Shown piece by piece: positions 39,716-54,549 of a stretch of DNA of 64,000 nt (the first letter of the stretch is position 1; the number at the start of each line of letters is the position of its first letter). The notes under the pieces are model-generated. The model had not been told where the DNA came from. It was given only the letters and a program-made list of their open reading frames with translations, and ran no database searches. Position numbers and translations under genes: made by a program. The stretch spans positions 55,800,001-55,864,000 of the forward strand of contig OX597829.1 of NCBI GenBank assembly GCA_951406725.2, written 5' to 3'. Origin of the DNA: Octopus vulgaris. Taxonomy: Eukaryota.

Positions 39716-41834
39716 GTAAAATAAAAACAATAAAAAAAAAACAGAGCAGAATACAAACAACAAAATTACGATAACAATGGTATTAATTTAACACTCAAGC
39801 GTTCAATTAACACCATAGAAAATAGAAGACGATAGATATGTTTTTAACATTCGGACTGAAATCCTTCTTCGGACAGAAAAAGAAAGGATTTTAGTTTGAA
39901 AAGTTAAGGACACACACACACACACACAGAGGCTCACTGGCTTAACGCTTTTATCAGCGAAAAGTAACGAGTGATTAAGTTCTTAAAAATGCATTAGAAA
40001 AGTTAATTTAAGTATATGAATTTATGACTTTGATAGCTAATGGCAAGGACTCTCTTTAAAAGAATATGTTTGATATAGTAATTAAAATAAGCTCCTAATT
40101 ATCATTTTGAAATATATTTGATTCTGAATATCAATTTTAAATGGGAACCTGTCAATTATCTTTTCATAAAATGTAATCAGTATACCTGGTTTCGTGTTAT
40201 GTAAATATCAGTTTCTTAAAATATATAAATAATTTTACTGAACAATTAAAACAAAGATGAAAATACTGGTCATTAATTTAACAAAATAGCCCAGAGATTT
40301 AAATATACTTGTGGAACATGGTCACTGACAAAACCTTGTTTACCCTCCACTATAACTAATTAAGCTGTAAACGTTGCAATAATGTTAAAAAGGGATCGTT
40401 ATTTGATGCCAGTATTCGTATGAACACATAATTAAGTTTCAAATTTATATAGAGTAAAAGAAAAACAGCAAAGTTTTGGGTCTCGATTCAAATACAGAAA
40501 TCGATCTTGGTGTTTACCTAAAGGACAGCAAAGAACATTAATTAATAAAAAAAAAGTATGTTATTCATTCATCCTTATAGAATATTGTAAGCAACACAAG
40601 TGCATTCTTTTGTCTTCATAGACTAGCGTTTAATTTTACCTGCCTCGACTATTGTGTTGCTATGGTGAAACCAGTCGCTGTGTTAAGCTTTTCCCACTAC
40701 ACATTAAGCAATAACAAGTGAAGGTAACATGGCCTTCAGATCAGGATTTTCGATTCCGGATCGAGTAGTGTGTTGTACCCTTGAGTAAGACATTTCATTT
40801 CACATCGTACCTGTAATAACTGGGGTTAACTTTGTGGACTAGCGTTCAGTCCAAGGACGTCTTATACTCACTGTCACTTATACTCCTCAGAAACTAGGAT
40901 CATCTCCAGCGTAATTAATTTGTAGGCTCAAAACTGATTTAAACTTTAACGATTTGGATTAAACCTTAACCCAACATTGTCGTTTAGAATGTTTAGAAAT
41001 AAAAAAACAAAACAAAGTACTTGATTCTCTGCTGATGCAAATGGTAATAAACCAACATCTTTCTCAGATAAGATCCACCGCTCATCCTCTGAAGGGCTCA
41101 GAACTAAGCACTGTTTAAATATTAAAGGGTTATTCATGGGTGTAGTTATCACCAAACACATTTGAAATTCTAATGACAGGAAAAAATTTATTAATTGGAT
41201 AGAACAAAGAGAAGAAAATGAACCCGCATTATAGGAAACACTCGACTTAAGTAAATTTAAGATATAATTAAAGGGAGTATAAAACTATTTTTTCTATCTG
41301 ATTAAATAGCACATTATTGATGTTTTTGGCTTTGTTTTCAAGTTACAAAAGAAAATGTGAATTAACTCTAAGTGGGTAAGTTGTAAATGACATAGACAAG
41401 AGAAACGTTATTAGCGTCAATTTAGTTATGTCAGTAACCTTAGTGGTTATTTGATATTGTTCTCAGGTCTGATGTTGTCAATCATAGAATGTTAAGTATT
41501 ATAAATATTGTCAATCTATTTAGAACCTTTTGGGCGTTAATTGCTTGTCTTCCGAAATCAATATCGCTGAAGAGAATTAAAAACTATCTGTAATAACGCT
41601 TACGGTGTAGTACAAAAAGGTCACATGATCTTGGTCAGTGATAATTTTTTTTACATCATCGATTATATTTGTAGTTTCTGATTCTTCTTTGTCCAATAAA
41701 TCCCACTTTATTTAAGACAAAACGATCTGATTTGAATGCGATTTGGTTGCTATTTTTAGCGGATCAAATTACCACGTAGAAGATGCTCCCTCGTTAGCAA
41801 TCCTATATTTTGTTTATAAAGAATGCAAACATAA

Positions 41835-42125
41835 GTGAATGGTAAAGAAGTTTGCTTTGCAACAATAAGATTCTAAGTTCGATCCCAGCGCGTAAAACCT
41901 TGGGTGAGTGTCTTTTGATCGATACAAGCCATTGAATTAAATCTGATAAACGGATACTACATAGAATCTCATCAGATGGGCTGTACCTATAATTCCACTG
42001 TCACCCTTGTCACATACTGTATCGCACCGATTCTGCTTGAGGGTCACGTTAAGGGTGCACGTTAATTTCATAAGTAGGCACTTCAGTTGATAAAACAACT
42101 GGAATCACGGAAAACCGACGAGGGT
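41835..42125 (+). mobile_element. Degenerate tRNA-derived SINE
   Basis: tggtaaagaagtttgct...gttcgatccca..accttgggtgagtgtc head similar to family B, with a different body. Confidence 0.55.
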
Positions 42126-42569
42126 ATATTTATATTTACTTACCGCTTACGTAGTTCTAAATTATGAAGAAACATAATTTTAAAATAAGGTGCGAAATAG
42201 TGCTGTTCTCGGAAAATATATTTGTATAACTAAAATATACAATTATGCATTACAAGGTAAGCATATCAAATGAACTAGATAGGTTACCCGACAAATTTAT
42301 AAACGTTTAGAAAAAAATTAGAAATAGGATTGGACATAACAGTATTAAAGTTGCTTCCCATTCTTATGAGACAAACAGCAGATGTTTTACAATCATGAAT
42401 TGCTTTGAACATATTCAAATCAGTCAACTTCGCCACCATCAACACATGAAAGCTATATTTGGAAAAGAAAACGAAAAAAAAAAAGAAACAAAACAAAAAG
42501 AAAGCTAATCGATTCTCTATTATTCTTGGTCATTAAAATACGTTTATTATTAAACCTAGCTGTAAGGTA

Positions 42570-42800
42570 GATACTGGGTAGGATCATTAGGACGCCGGAG
42601 AAATTGCTTTCCGTTGTTTGTTGTGGATGTTTAGGTTCTGAGGTCAACTTTAATTTGCATCCTTTCATTGTCGATAAACTGAAGAATGAGTCAGGTACTG
42701 AGGCCGTTGAGAAAGAGGGAGTCAAGTCCAGGAGTCGATGGTGTTGTCTAACCCTCTCTGCACAAAACTTCTGACCTTGTAATTAAATTAGAAACCGTTA
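42570..42800 (+). mobile_element. Degenerate SINE family A
   Basis: gaggtcaacttt..catcctttc..gtcgataa..ggagtcgatg..ccttgt..aattagaaac. Confidence 0.6.
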
Positions 42801-44149
42801 TTAAACTTAGAACTCCTATTAGCTTATTTCTATGAACCTTCGTAAAATGAGAAACTCTAAATTAATAGAAAGAGAATGATATATCAAGACTATGCTGCAT
42901 AAAATATAAAAATAAAAGCAAAATTATTAATGTCAAACTGATATGAAATTTTTAGAGTGAACCTAACGGGTTCTAAAACAGAAGACACTTTTTATTTTTC
43001 GATAATATGACAAAGATATTACGCTATCAATGTAAAATATGTAGTTTTAATGAGTTCGATCGATATTCTGTTAATTTAGTTGCAATCATAAAATTCTCAT
43101 TTCGTTTTATGGTATCATACTTCAAACAATTTTCAACACATAATCTGTTGTTAATTTTAAGATCGACTAAAGATCCCCCCTCCCCGCAAAATTAGTATAG
43201 AGCAAAGTTTCATTTGTGTATATAAGTATGTTCACATTAGTATCAGGTTAGATGCATTTTAAGGAAGGGAGAAAAATTGATTCAATATTTCCAAGTATTT
43301 TGTAGCGTATTCTTTATTGGCCTATGTGAGATGCAATTTGAATGCACCAGGATTTGGACCTAACACAAAACGACACAAAATACAATAAAGCGTTTATCAA
43401 AAGGAAAGTTGATAGTGATCACTTTTCTCTGCTTCTAAATTCATAATTCGAGTCTAGCCTTGTAATATTTTGGGGATAACTATTTCTATAAATTATATTT
43501 TACTCGCTGGAACAATAATATCCCACATTTATAGGGAAATACCTGAAAATATATATTCAGTTAGATTTTTAGATTTCATATTTCATATTTCATTTTTTCG
43601 TGATTGATAAACTAAAATTGAACGGGAAATATGTTTATTCCTTTCTTTGGCGGCATGCTGTGTAAATCCATGAAATTATTGGGAAAGGGAATAAAATGAC
43701 TTAATCTACATCAAAGAGTAAGATCCTACCGCTAAACCATTTTTCTTTTTCGTTATTCTTATAATAGAAGCACAAACATTTTGCTAATTCATTCCATTCA
43801 GATTATGTTAAAAAACAAAAACAAATCAAGCTTTTCTAACGAAGGAAACCTTAACAATTGATGTTCCTTTAGATTTATTTATTTTTAGCGACAAATTAAC
43901 TTTGAGGCATGTAAAGCGATAATGCTGTAAATATGTGAATAAAGCAACGTAACTACTAGAAAAATCATGGAAACTCTGTAAAACAGTTTTTAGAGGGTAA
44001 TATTCGTGCATCTGAGTTTCGGTTTCATATTTCGATTTTCATAAAAGAATGTAGGTTGTAATATGATATTTATACTAATCTAAATAACATTTGCTTTGGG
44101 GCGCTGTGACACATGGAATCATAAATGTGACATACGTCACAGGTCTCAA

Positions 44150-45450
44150 GGAATTTGTGCTGTCTTGATTTTCAGTGTGTTTTGTGAGTGCTTTATTCTT
44201 GTATTCTTGTTTATTTAACTGTTGCATCATTTGAGGTTATCTTTCCCACTGTACGGAAATCAAAGTGAGAAATATTTTTATGTCTTTTCCGAATGTTTCC
44301 CGATGTCTTCATATTTATGTGCTAAATCCTCGAAAATCTTATTCCAGCCTCAGCATATAAGAGGGAAATAGAAGAGTGACGGGAGGCATTGTCATATCCC
44401 CGATTTTATGTCCAAACAGTCGCGGCGGTAATTTAGACACTATTGCGATTATGAAGCTCATCACGTCACAAATAAGTTTTAGAATTTTCCCGGGGCCTAC
44501 TTGTATAGCGGTTCAGTCTTTTTACTCTGATTTTAGGTTTGTGCAGCAAAATGAAAATAATATTCGTTACTGCTTTCTACATCAGCTTCTGCCCCAGCAT
44601 TGACGGCAATAAACAAAATACTTGCTCATAACTTCGTATGACCCAAAGCCTCTCGATACTGAGCACCAGTATGATACCTAACACCGTCTCTGAAATTATA
44701 AGTCAACGTTTCAGAGAGAACAGAGGACTAAATAATGATCCGATTTAGCGGGATCCTGAAAATTATCTTGCTAATAATGAAGATCAAATGAGGGAAACAC
44801 TTCAAAATTTCGATCATGATTGATGGAGAACAATTTCAAACAGTTATTTTCCAATTATGGTTATTAATACCCACTGGGCTGGAAATTAATTGTCCATTGC
44901 ACGACAATATTATCTTAGTCGACGATCAATATGTCCCTGTCTTCATCAAGAAATAGAACCAATCATTCCAAGAGTTTAGTTCCGTAGAGACTTCTCATGG
45001 CGCTAAGAAAGTTTACATATTTTGTCTATCATCGTAATCTTGGATCGCGTCGACCTTCCTTTCTCAGCCAAATGTCCCACAACCAGATGTATAGTTTCGG
45101 ATGTACAGTTTTACATATGCTTGTGCAGATAATATGGTTGTTTCAGACATTAGGTCTACTTTTGTATTTTCTGTTCTTAGCCCGCAGAATGTCTGCTACT
45201 ATGTTGTAGAAATCTTTTTGTGGCTCGTTAAATCCATCGCTGCATTTTGAATAATTTCTGTGATGCCGAGAATAAATAATTGTTGGTGATTTTGTAACGT
45301 TTGTTGTTTTCCTGACTTATCGGTTTATTCGGACTGGATTAATATTTCAAGTGAGCAATATTAATGTGCTTGTCTGTCCGGTAGTCAGCACTTCAGAAGG
45401 AACCACAGCTTTATCACTTGGTTTACAATAATATAGTCAATGAAATGCCA
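44150..45450 (-). pseudogene. Decayed RTE (BovB-like) LINE reverse-transcriptase fragment
   Basis: DIWLRK..NFLSAMRSLYGTK..LFLDEDRDILIVD*DNIVVQW (cf. FY.ALK.VYGP..PLLSADG.TL.TDK..IL.RW), RIPLNRI, KSGI*QCLPSLF (cf. GVKQGCVLAPTLF), in order. Confidence 0.6.
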
Positions 45451-46204
45451 TAATTTAGATAAAGGATGCTTTCAGAATCTCCTGTTACAAGTAGAGTGGC
45501 AGGAAAGATGTGCAAGGAGTAGGAAACCCTTGCGATTTCAGTAATCCAAACCCTAACATCCAATGAGTATTTCTAAGCGGTATTCTCATGTACTATTAAA
45601 ATAATTAAAAACTGAAGTGCTTGGCCTCTTTAGTTACTCAAAAGAATAGCAGGACAGAGTAAAACTTCTCATAGACTTTGGTTTTCCCTGAAGCGGTTAT
45701 ACTTGGGGAATAGGCAATATTCGTGACAGTTTTCTATTTTCAAAATATTAACAGGAGTTTTATTGACACGTCTATAACTGATTAAGTTGGATGACGTTAA
45801 TCACTTATAGATGCATAAACCTGCCAACAAAAACTGACTACATTGAAAGGTCAACACCACCTTCCTGTATTTTTCTTAACTTTCTCATATATACAAATAC
45901 AACGTCCTTAAGTGAAGCTTGTCTCATTTAAGTTTGTAGCGCTGATTTTGTTTTTACTTGGTGTGCTCTTATCTCTTATAACTGTTCTCTTTAGTATTCT
46001 ACGTTATACAAGCATTGATATAAATCAGTGGAACAGTTAGGCTGTGTAAGATTTCTTAAAACAGAATATCTTAATCTAAGTACTTGCTTTTTTGTTTAAT
46101 TCCCAGGGGGAAAATTTTATTTTATGGCTGGCTCTTTGCTCTTTGAACAAATTTGAAGAAAAGTATGTACATATGTATTTTTAGATGCTGGCTTAAGATA
46201 TACG

Positions 46205-46285
46205 TATGTATGTATGTATGTATGTATGTATGTATGTATGTATGTATGTATGTATGTATGTATGTATGTATGTATGTATGTATGT
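46205..46285. repeat. (TATG)n microsatellite
   Basis: Direct inspection. Confidence 0.97.
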
Positions 46286-47752
46286 CGATATATGTAAAGG
46301 CATATATATTTGACTTTGTTAGCAAATGTTAAAGTGACAATTTGGAAAAGCTAGGGTTTTCAAATGAAAAGAAAGCTGACATTCAAATAAAATGTATGAA
46401 AGATTTTCAGAATTTCGTCATTCAACTTTAGTGTTGTTGTTTTTTAATTTCTTACGTTTTTTGAGAATATCCTTGAACAAGTTTCTTCTCTTTTGGCGTC
46501 TCATGGATTCAGAATGCACAGCAAACTTATAGAATTAAAAATTATATTTAATACATTGGCATCATAGTTTTTTTCCATTCTTGATAGGTACGAAAGATAT
46601 AAATTCTGTTTAATGAATAAATATTGCATAGTATAAGCACGATTTCTTTTGGAAATATTTTATTTAGTATCACCATCCAGTGAGTATAAATACATTGTCT
46701 ATTAAGTCATCCTAAAGGGACGGTCTTTCCGGTCAACCTATACATACACTCCGAGTTTACTTAACATCAAAATACCATGTCTCTGCATATCTGCTGAAAA
46801 TGTCTTGCGATTTGATATTCCAATTTTAGAGTCAATCCTCCCTAGTTCAGTCCGTCCATCAAGAATCGACTAAAAAGAATCTTAGGTTAATCAGCAAATT
46901 AATAGCCTCATAATTATGTTCTACATGACAACTCAAGTCTGATTTGAGATAAAATAGTTATGTCACAACTTATGTATCTTGTACTCACGTTTTCATGCAA
47001 AAATTATATTTACATATATTCATGTGGCTGGTCACCAACCAGTATGTTTATTGTTGCTTATATGATGAAATTGAAACAAACCTTACCATAGCGCCAAGGA
47101 TAGAAGTAATAATAGATACTGGAAGCACGGTCGGATTCAGTATTTCGTAATATGACCGCTAATTGATCGGTATGTTTAATCAATTACAAAGAAACATAGT
47201 TCTCAGTTGCCTGGTCCATCTAATTAAAGGTGAGTATCATAGTTCTCCGCTATAAATAGTGGCAGTAATGTAAAATCAGCGTGTTTTGTTAGTTTGCGAT
47301 CTCGAGTCCGGCTAGTTCTTATGAAAATTGTTACTGGCTGTACACTGACATCTTATTCTCCCTTCATGCGGCTAAGAAATCACAATCAAGTTTCGGATTA
47401 ATGAATCATTGAAATTCATGAAAGGAATAAAACGAAGAAAGAAGATATTAGATATTAAAAAAGAAACAAAAAAGATATTATACATTAAGAAAAAAGATAT
47501 GAAAATTTGCAAATGAATCTTTCTTAAGTGTTACTGTTGACATTTCAAAAAACAATTGACTTGTCATTCACCATGACACAAATATATGACTGTCTAGGCG
47601 TGTAAATATATTAGGGTACAAACTGATTTAAGAATCTAATTTGCCAGTCTAGTAATTGCTATCTATTAACAAGCTACCTTTTACGCTAACATTGACATGC
47701 ACCGGTCACAAAACAAAACAAAAACCTCCGCTGTTGTATTCAATATGGATAC

Positions 47753-47765
47753 GTTACCTAGCAAC
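47753..47765. promoter_or_regulatory. RFX X-box-like motif GTTACCTAGCAAC
   Basis: Fits GTTRCC-N(0-3)-RGYAAC; lies in ~1.5 kb of unique sequence that also holds strong splice donors. Confidence 0.25.
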
Positions 47766-48064
47766 AACAAAACAAGCATTCACTGTCTGAATATAATAGT
47801 TCTAAAAATATCGCTCATTTTCTCTTGAAAATAAATCGAATCAGTTGGACATCGATCTATACGCGGATTATAAGTGTGTTTTTCAGTTAAGTGTGTGTTT
47901 CTATATGTGTGCAGTAATATGTATTTTAACGATACTGTTTGGTAATGTGGGTATATGTGCGTGCGTGAGTGCGTCTATGTATGTGTGTAATTGTGTGTGT
48001 ATATGTTTTATAATATTATATATATATCGCTCAGAGATTTATTATTGTTTATATATATATATAG

Positions 48065-48113
<49 letters not shown>

Positions 48114-48202
48114 TAGATAGATATATAGATAGATAGATACCAGGTGCACTCCCCACCTCGCATACATATAGATATGCAAATATCTTTGAATGCTTATAAA
48201 TA

Positions 48203-48285
<83 letters not shown>

Positions 48286-48807
48286 AGGTCTCTGTGTGTG
48301 TATGTGTGTACACACGAATGCACACACACACAAACACTTGTTTGTGTGTAAGTGGTGTGTGTGTAAGAGTCTCTGTTTTATTATTGTTCAACCCCAGATC
48401 AGCACACTAATTGAATATGTGTGTGTGTGTGTGTGTGTGTATGTGTGTGTATGTGTGTGTGTGTGAGTATGGGTAGGGACAAAAGCATTGAAGCCATGAT
48501 CATCCTGACTTATGTAGGTCTGTATTATTTAGCGTGTTATTCTATTATTTATGAGAATTTGGTATAAAATGAGGGCAGTTTGGCTGATATATTAATATTT
48601 CTGCAAGCAGAGGTTGTACTGTAGAGAAACCATCAATGGTTCGTGCGTATACATGGATATATATATGTATGTATGCGCTATGTATGTCGTATACGCTTCC
48701 GTCCTAACTCCGATTTCTTTGGTGTCAGATGAATGTCAGATATATCTCCCTTTATTGAAGGACTATTTATCTCATGTAGCATGTACGCGTATTATGTGCG
48801 TCTCAAT

Positions 48808-49330
48808 AAAGCGGCGAGCTGGCAGAATCGTTAGCGCATTGGACGAAATGCTTAAGGACATTTCGCACGTCACTCCGTTCTAAGTTCAAATTCCGCCGAG
48901 GTCGACTTTAGTAGAAAGGATTATGGTGTAGGCGACGAGGCAGCGAGCAAGCAGAATCGTTAGCACGCCGAGCGAAATGCTTAGTGGCATTTTGTCCGTC
49001 TTTTTATTTTGGGACTTCAAATTCCGCCGAGTTCGACTTTACATTTCATCTTTTCGGGGTTGATGATATAAGTACCAGTTACGTACTGAGGTTGACGTAA
49101 TCGACTAGTCCGCCCCCGCCCCATATTTCCAGCCTTGTACCTATAGTAATGCGGTGAACCGACAGTATCATTAGGACACAGAACAAAATGCATTTTGCGT
49201 TAAAATTCCGCCGAGGTCCACTTCGCCTTTCCTTCTTTCGGGATCGATGAAATAAATACCGTCCGCTGTAATCGACTAACCGTCTTCACCAAATTTTCAG
49301 GCCTTGTACCGATTGTAGAAACGATTATGA
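48808..49330 (+). mobile_element. Head-to-tail cluster of three SINE family A copies
   Basis: Heads at ~48808, ~48938 and ~49150; agaaaggattat / agaaacgattat tails. Confidence 0.85.
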
Positions 49331-50135
49331 CATATGAATTGACCCCCCCCCCCCCGAGAATTGTTTTTCAAGCCTGGTACTTATACTATCAGTCTCCTTT
49401 TCAGAACTGATAACATGAGGGCTGCAGACACAGCAACACAAACAAAAGGATACACATATTTATATATACGACGGGCTTATATATGTATATATGTGTGTGT
49501 TTTTGTGAGTGTGTCTGTGTGTGTGTGTGTGTACTTTATCTTTGGAAAATATACGCATATCAAAATACATACTGTTATAAACAATCAGTTTATGTAGGGT
49601 GCTGGGGGGCAGCAGACATCATAAAAACCTTATTCGATTTCAAAAAATTGCTAGATTGGCGGATATAAGGCCTTATGATATCCTTTCCGGCTTTCTGACC
49701 AGTAAATCCGAATGACACCCGAATCAACCTCTGGCGATATATTCTTAAGGGGTCGATAAATAAAGTTGGTGTTCAGTGACGAGGTCAGTTCCTCTTTCTC
49801 TTTAAATTTGCATGTGTATGAGTTGATATGTGTGCATGTGCATGTAAGTATATATATGTGTATAGACAAAATAAGAAAATGGAGGAATAGATAATAACAA
49901 TTCATATAATTTATTGGTATTATCTAGTAGTTGATGACTGATTAAAATCTATTCCTCCATTTTCCTATTTTGTATTATGAATTTACCTTCGCCCATATAA
50001 TACAATAAATGAATTAATTGCATCACAATTCTTAGCATTTATGTATTAGCATTTCTGGGTGCTTTACTGGCAGTATATTGGATAAATGATATCCCATAGT
50101 GGGTTACACTCATAACCCCTATCTCACTTTGTAAT

Positions 50136-50935
<800 letters not shown>

Positions 50936-52105
50936 CTCTAAATTAGGGTAAGTAACTTTTTAGAACAAAATCAGTTTTGGATTATGTGACTGAAAAAAAC
51001 CAAGGCAGGATTATGCTTAGTACCGTATATATTAACAATCTAAGGTTTTGTAAACTTATTTTAAGAGCTAATTATGTTCGATACTTGTTAGGATTTGAAC
51101 TCAGAACAATCAGGTTACAAAACTAAACACTATAAAAGCAGATGACTATTCAACAACAGTAAATCTAATATGATCCTATTGTTCATAACAACATTGTAAC
51201 TATTATGACTATAATAACCATGGTAACAAGAGTTATGTTATATTCGAAAGCTATTAATATAAAAGATCCATTACCTAGAACACATATGTAGCTCTCGTAC
51301 ATTGTAGGACAAGAATAATCAATAATAAAACAGGTAGCAATACAAGTAACAATCCCATCTTTTTTATCACTAATATTTTCTCTGTAATTATTACTATTCT
51401 ATCAATAAAACTTTACTCATTCTTTCTCTACATGTTTCTCAATTGATACATGCCATCATCTTACTAGGTCAGACATTTAAATGCCTCGTCAAACACATAT
51501 ATACATATACATAGCAATTCACAGACTGGCAGACGTTGTGTATTAACGCTCGTGTGTGTGTATTTGTATATGTGTGTTCGTGTTTGTGTTTGTATGGGTG
51601 TGTGTGTGTGTGAGTGCGAATTCAAGTTTTACATAATATATATATATATAAAATGAGCATATAATTCAGATGTTTATGTATATATTCCAAGGTGTGTATA
51701 CTCCAATTTATTAATGCTAGACTATATATAATTTAAGCAAATTACTACACACCATTATACCTAATTTATTTTTGATTCTATGCTGTGTTGTAATATCGAT
51801 AATATCTTAGCAGTTGTTATACTAACAGCAAATTAGCACACGCGTCTGTAAACTAAGACGTATTGAATCCACTGAGTCGGCAGGAGGCGGGATTTGGGTA
51901 GCTTTAAGTTTGTTGTTCGGGTGGAGGATTGTAAGGGTGTATATTTACGGGTGTATGTGAGATTTGGGAAGCGAGTTTGTCTGGATGTAGGAGTTTGTTG
52001 TTTCGAGTGTCAATGGAAAACTATCTTCATCGACATCAAAATTTCAAAATATGTTGGTGGCAATATCCAAGTGGAAATTGGAATTAACTCAGCTTCCTGG
52101 TGCCA

Positions 52106-52210
52106 AGAAGAAGAAGAAGAAGAAAAAGAAAAGAAGAAGAAAAAGAAGAAGAAGAAGAAGAAGAAGAAGAAGAAGAAGAAGAAGAAGAAGAAGAAGAAGA
52201 AGAAGAAGAA
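52106..52210. repeat. (GAA)n microsatellite
   Basis: Direct inspection. Confidence 0.97.
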
Positions 52211-52561
52211 TGGAATGAAGGAAGGAAGAAAGAAAGAAAGAAAAGAGGGAAAGATGAAGTTACCTGGTTTAATTAATCTTGGAACCATTTCTATCATATT
52301 TGATTTACATGGCTTGAATCAAGGCATCATACCATAATTCTTGAAATCTGTCCCTTACTTAAGTGATACATCCATTTCTTTTTACTCTAAATTCTTACGA
52401 GGGCAGACAAAACCATTTTTTAATTGTGGAAAATAATACCGAAAACAAAAGTTTACCGAACCACTCTAAGAAAAATTTGAAGTTTTGATTGCCATTCTTA
52501 CGAAACATCTCTTTTTACAACTGTAGGTTTTCCGAATGATAGGAATAAGTATATTTCAGAG

Positions 52562-52609
52562 TATTTTCACACAATCTTATTTTCACACAAAGTTATTTTC
52601 ACACAATCT
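52562..52609. repeat. 16-bp minisatellite x3 (tattttcacacaatct)
   Basis: Three tandem copies, the middle one with two changes. Confidence 0.9.
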
Positions 52610-52837
52610 AAGAAATTATTAAGAAATTTTATTTTAACAAAACAAAGTTCTTGATTATGGTCTGAAGATCACAGATAAGTGAAAATCATTTTGCATGTGG
52701 AAACATTTGAGTTTTCAAAGTAGTAAAAACCATTTGTTGTAAAGCAGAAAAAAATTTTTAAACTGAAAGAAAAGATTATTTCAGAAATAAATAAATAAAT
52801 AGATAAATAAATAAATGTGTGTATATATATATATATC

Positions 52838-53030
52838 TTTTGTCTTTTACATGTTTCAGTCATGCTGGGGCACCTCCTTGAAGAAGTTTTAGTCGAACAA
52901 ATCGACTCCAGGAATTTTTAAAGCCTAGTACTTATGTCGGCCGTTTTTGCCGAACCACTAAGTTACAGGGACTTGAACACACTAGCACCGATTGTTAAAC
53001 TGTGGTTGGGGGAAAATACACACACACACA
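52838..53030 (-). mobile_element. SINE family B 3' half
   Basis: gtttcagtcatgctgg..tagtcgaacaaatcgac.ccagga..agcctagtacttat..gccgaacc.ctaagttac.ggg. Confidence 0.8.
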
Positions 53031-53222
53031 TAAATATATAAGAGTAAATATCATTAAAGATAAAATTTATACCAGTGGCCAGTATGCGTAATAAATTGTC
53101 TGTAGACCATAAAATATTTTTGTACATATACATGTGTGTAAATTACACACTGAGAGTAGAACCATTAAACGGTCTCCTTACATGCTAAAAAGAAATGTCA
53201 AATCTCCAAACAACAAAAAATA

Positions 53223-53812
53223 CATTCTTAGCACGTTGATTGTTGGTGGACAAGACAATTTTAAAAAATTAAAAAGACCAGTTAATTCTATACTCTGAAG
53301 TTTCACCATTAATAATTAAATAAAATTATCTGTGGATCCTCAGTTGAACCTGCCGGGGATGTATAATTATAAAACTCAAATATATACCATATCCAAAAGG
53401 ACGCACATGCATATTGAGTGTTATCGTTATTCATCGTGAATTCAATTAAAATTTCTTCAACCAACGCACCAAACCAGAATAAATCAGCAATTTTTACCCT
53501 TATCTATTTATATTTAAATATTTTAATCCTTGAGTCAGATGATTCACTGCTGACTTATTCTGGCTTGGCGCGTTGGTTGAAAACATTTGAATTGAATTCA
53601 CGATGTATAACGGTAACACTCGATATGAACGTGTGTCTTTTTGGATATGGTATATATTTGAGTTTTATAATTATACATCCCCAGCAGGTTCTACTGAAGA
53701 TCAACAGATATTTTAAAAAATTATTAATGGTGAAACTTCGGAGTATAGAACTAACTGGTCTTTTTAATTTTTCGAATTGTCTTGCCCGCCGACGGTTAAC
53801 GTGCTAAGAATG
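53223..53812. mobile_element. Foldback-type MITE, ~270 bp diverged inverted arms, TA flanks
   Basis: ta|cattcttagcacgtt ... aacgtgctaagaatg|ta; arms pair from the ends inward to ~53490/53545. Confidence 0.88.
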
Positions 53813-53904
53813 TAATTTTCGTGGTTTGGGGATTTGACATCTCTTTTCAGCATGTAAGGAGACCACTTAGTGGCTCGCCTCTCAATGTGTAATTTATACA
53901 TACG

Positions 53905-53936
<32 letters not shown>

Positions 53937-53944
53937 AGAGAGAG

Positions 53945-54103
53945 AGGCAAGCTTCTTCAAGTTTCCGTCAAACAAATTCACAGACAAATCTTTGGTCACC
54001 TCGAGGATATAGTAGAAGAAATTACTCAAGGTGCCACGCAGTGGGACTGAACCCGGGACCATGTGGATGGGAAGGGAGCTTCTTATCACACAGCCACTCC
54101 TGG
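53945..54103 (-). mobile_element. SINE family B 5' half
   Basis: caaggtgccacgcagtgggactgaacccggg.ccatgtgg...cacagccactcctg. Confidence 0.85.
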
Positions 54104-54549
54104 TAATTTTCTTTTTAATTTTTTGTTTTTGCAGAATTGCAATATTCTCTGTTCGGTTCTAATGAGTAATTTTATTGTCAAAATTATGACAACAAAATAA
54201 TATATAAACAGCCAAAGATTAAGAGTAATAACCACAACTCGGACCATTTGCCTTGATTTTTAATCCGTATTTACGTTTCGAAAACTGTAACCCTGTCTCA
54301 AACTTTGTTCTATATTTCATTACATAACAGGAAACAATAAAAGAAAGTTAAGTAAACGAAAGCATATCTTTATGTTTAAAACATATTTTGTTTTGTTGCA
54401 GATGATTTTAGTGCATGAACTAAAATTATCAGCAAAGATGTCTCTAGATCCAAGAATTTGATTTCTTATACGCCATGTACGAGCATTAACGTCAATTCGC
54501 GTGCACCATACAACCACCGGTCCATCCCAATATTTATATCTTTTATCTT

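Noticed and set aside
48808-49330. Repeated ~30-bp motifs with intervening sequence (CRISPR-like)
   Set aside because: Tandem SINE copies with homologous rather than unique spacers; eukaryotic context; no cas genes.
49590-49800. GC-richer segment suggesting an exon or mitochondrial insert
   Set aside because: Better explained as a very degenerate family A SINE (ggggtcgataaataaag motif).
51894-52337. 147-aa ORF with poly-K
   Set aside because: Inflated by (GAA)n, non-ATG start, no recognisable domain.
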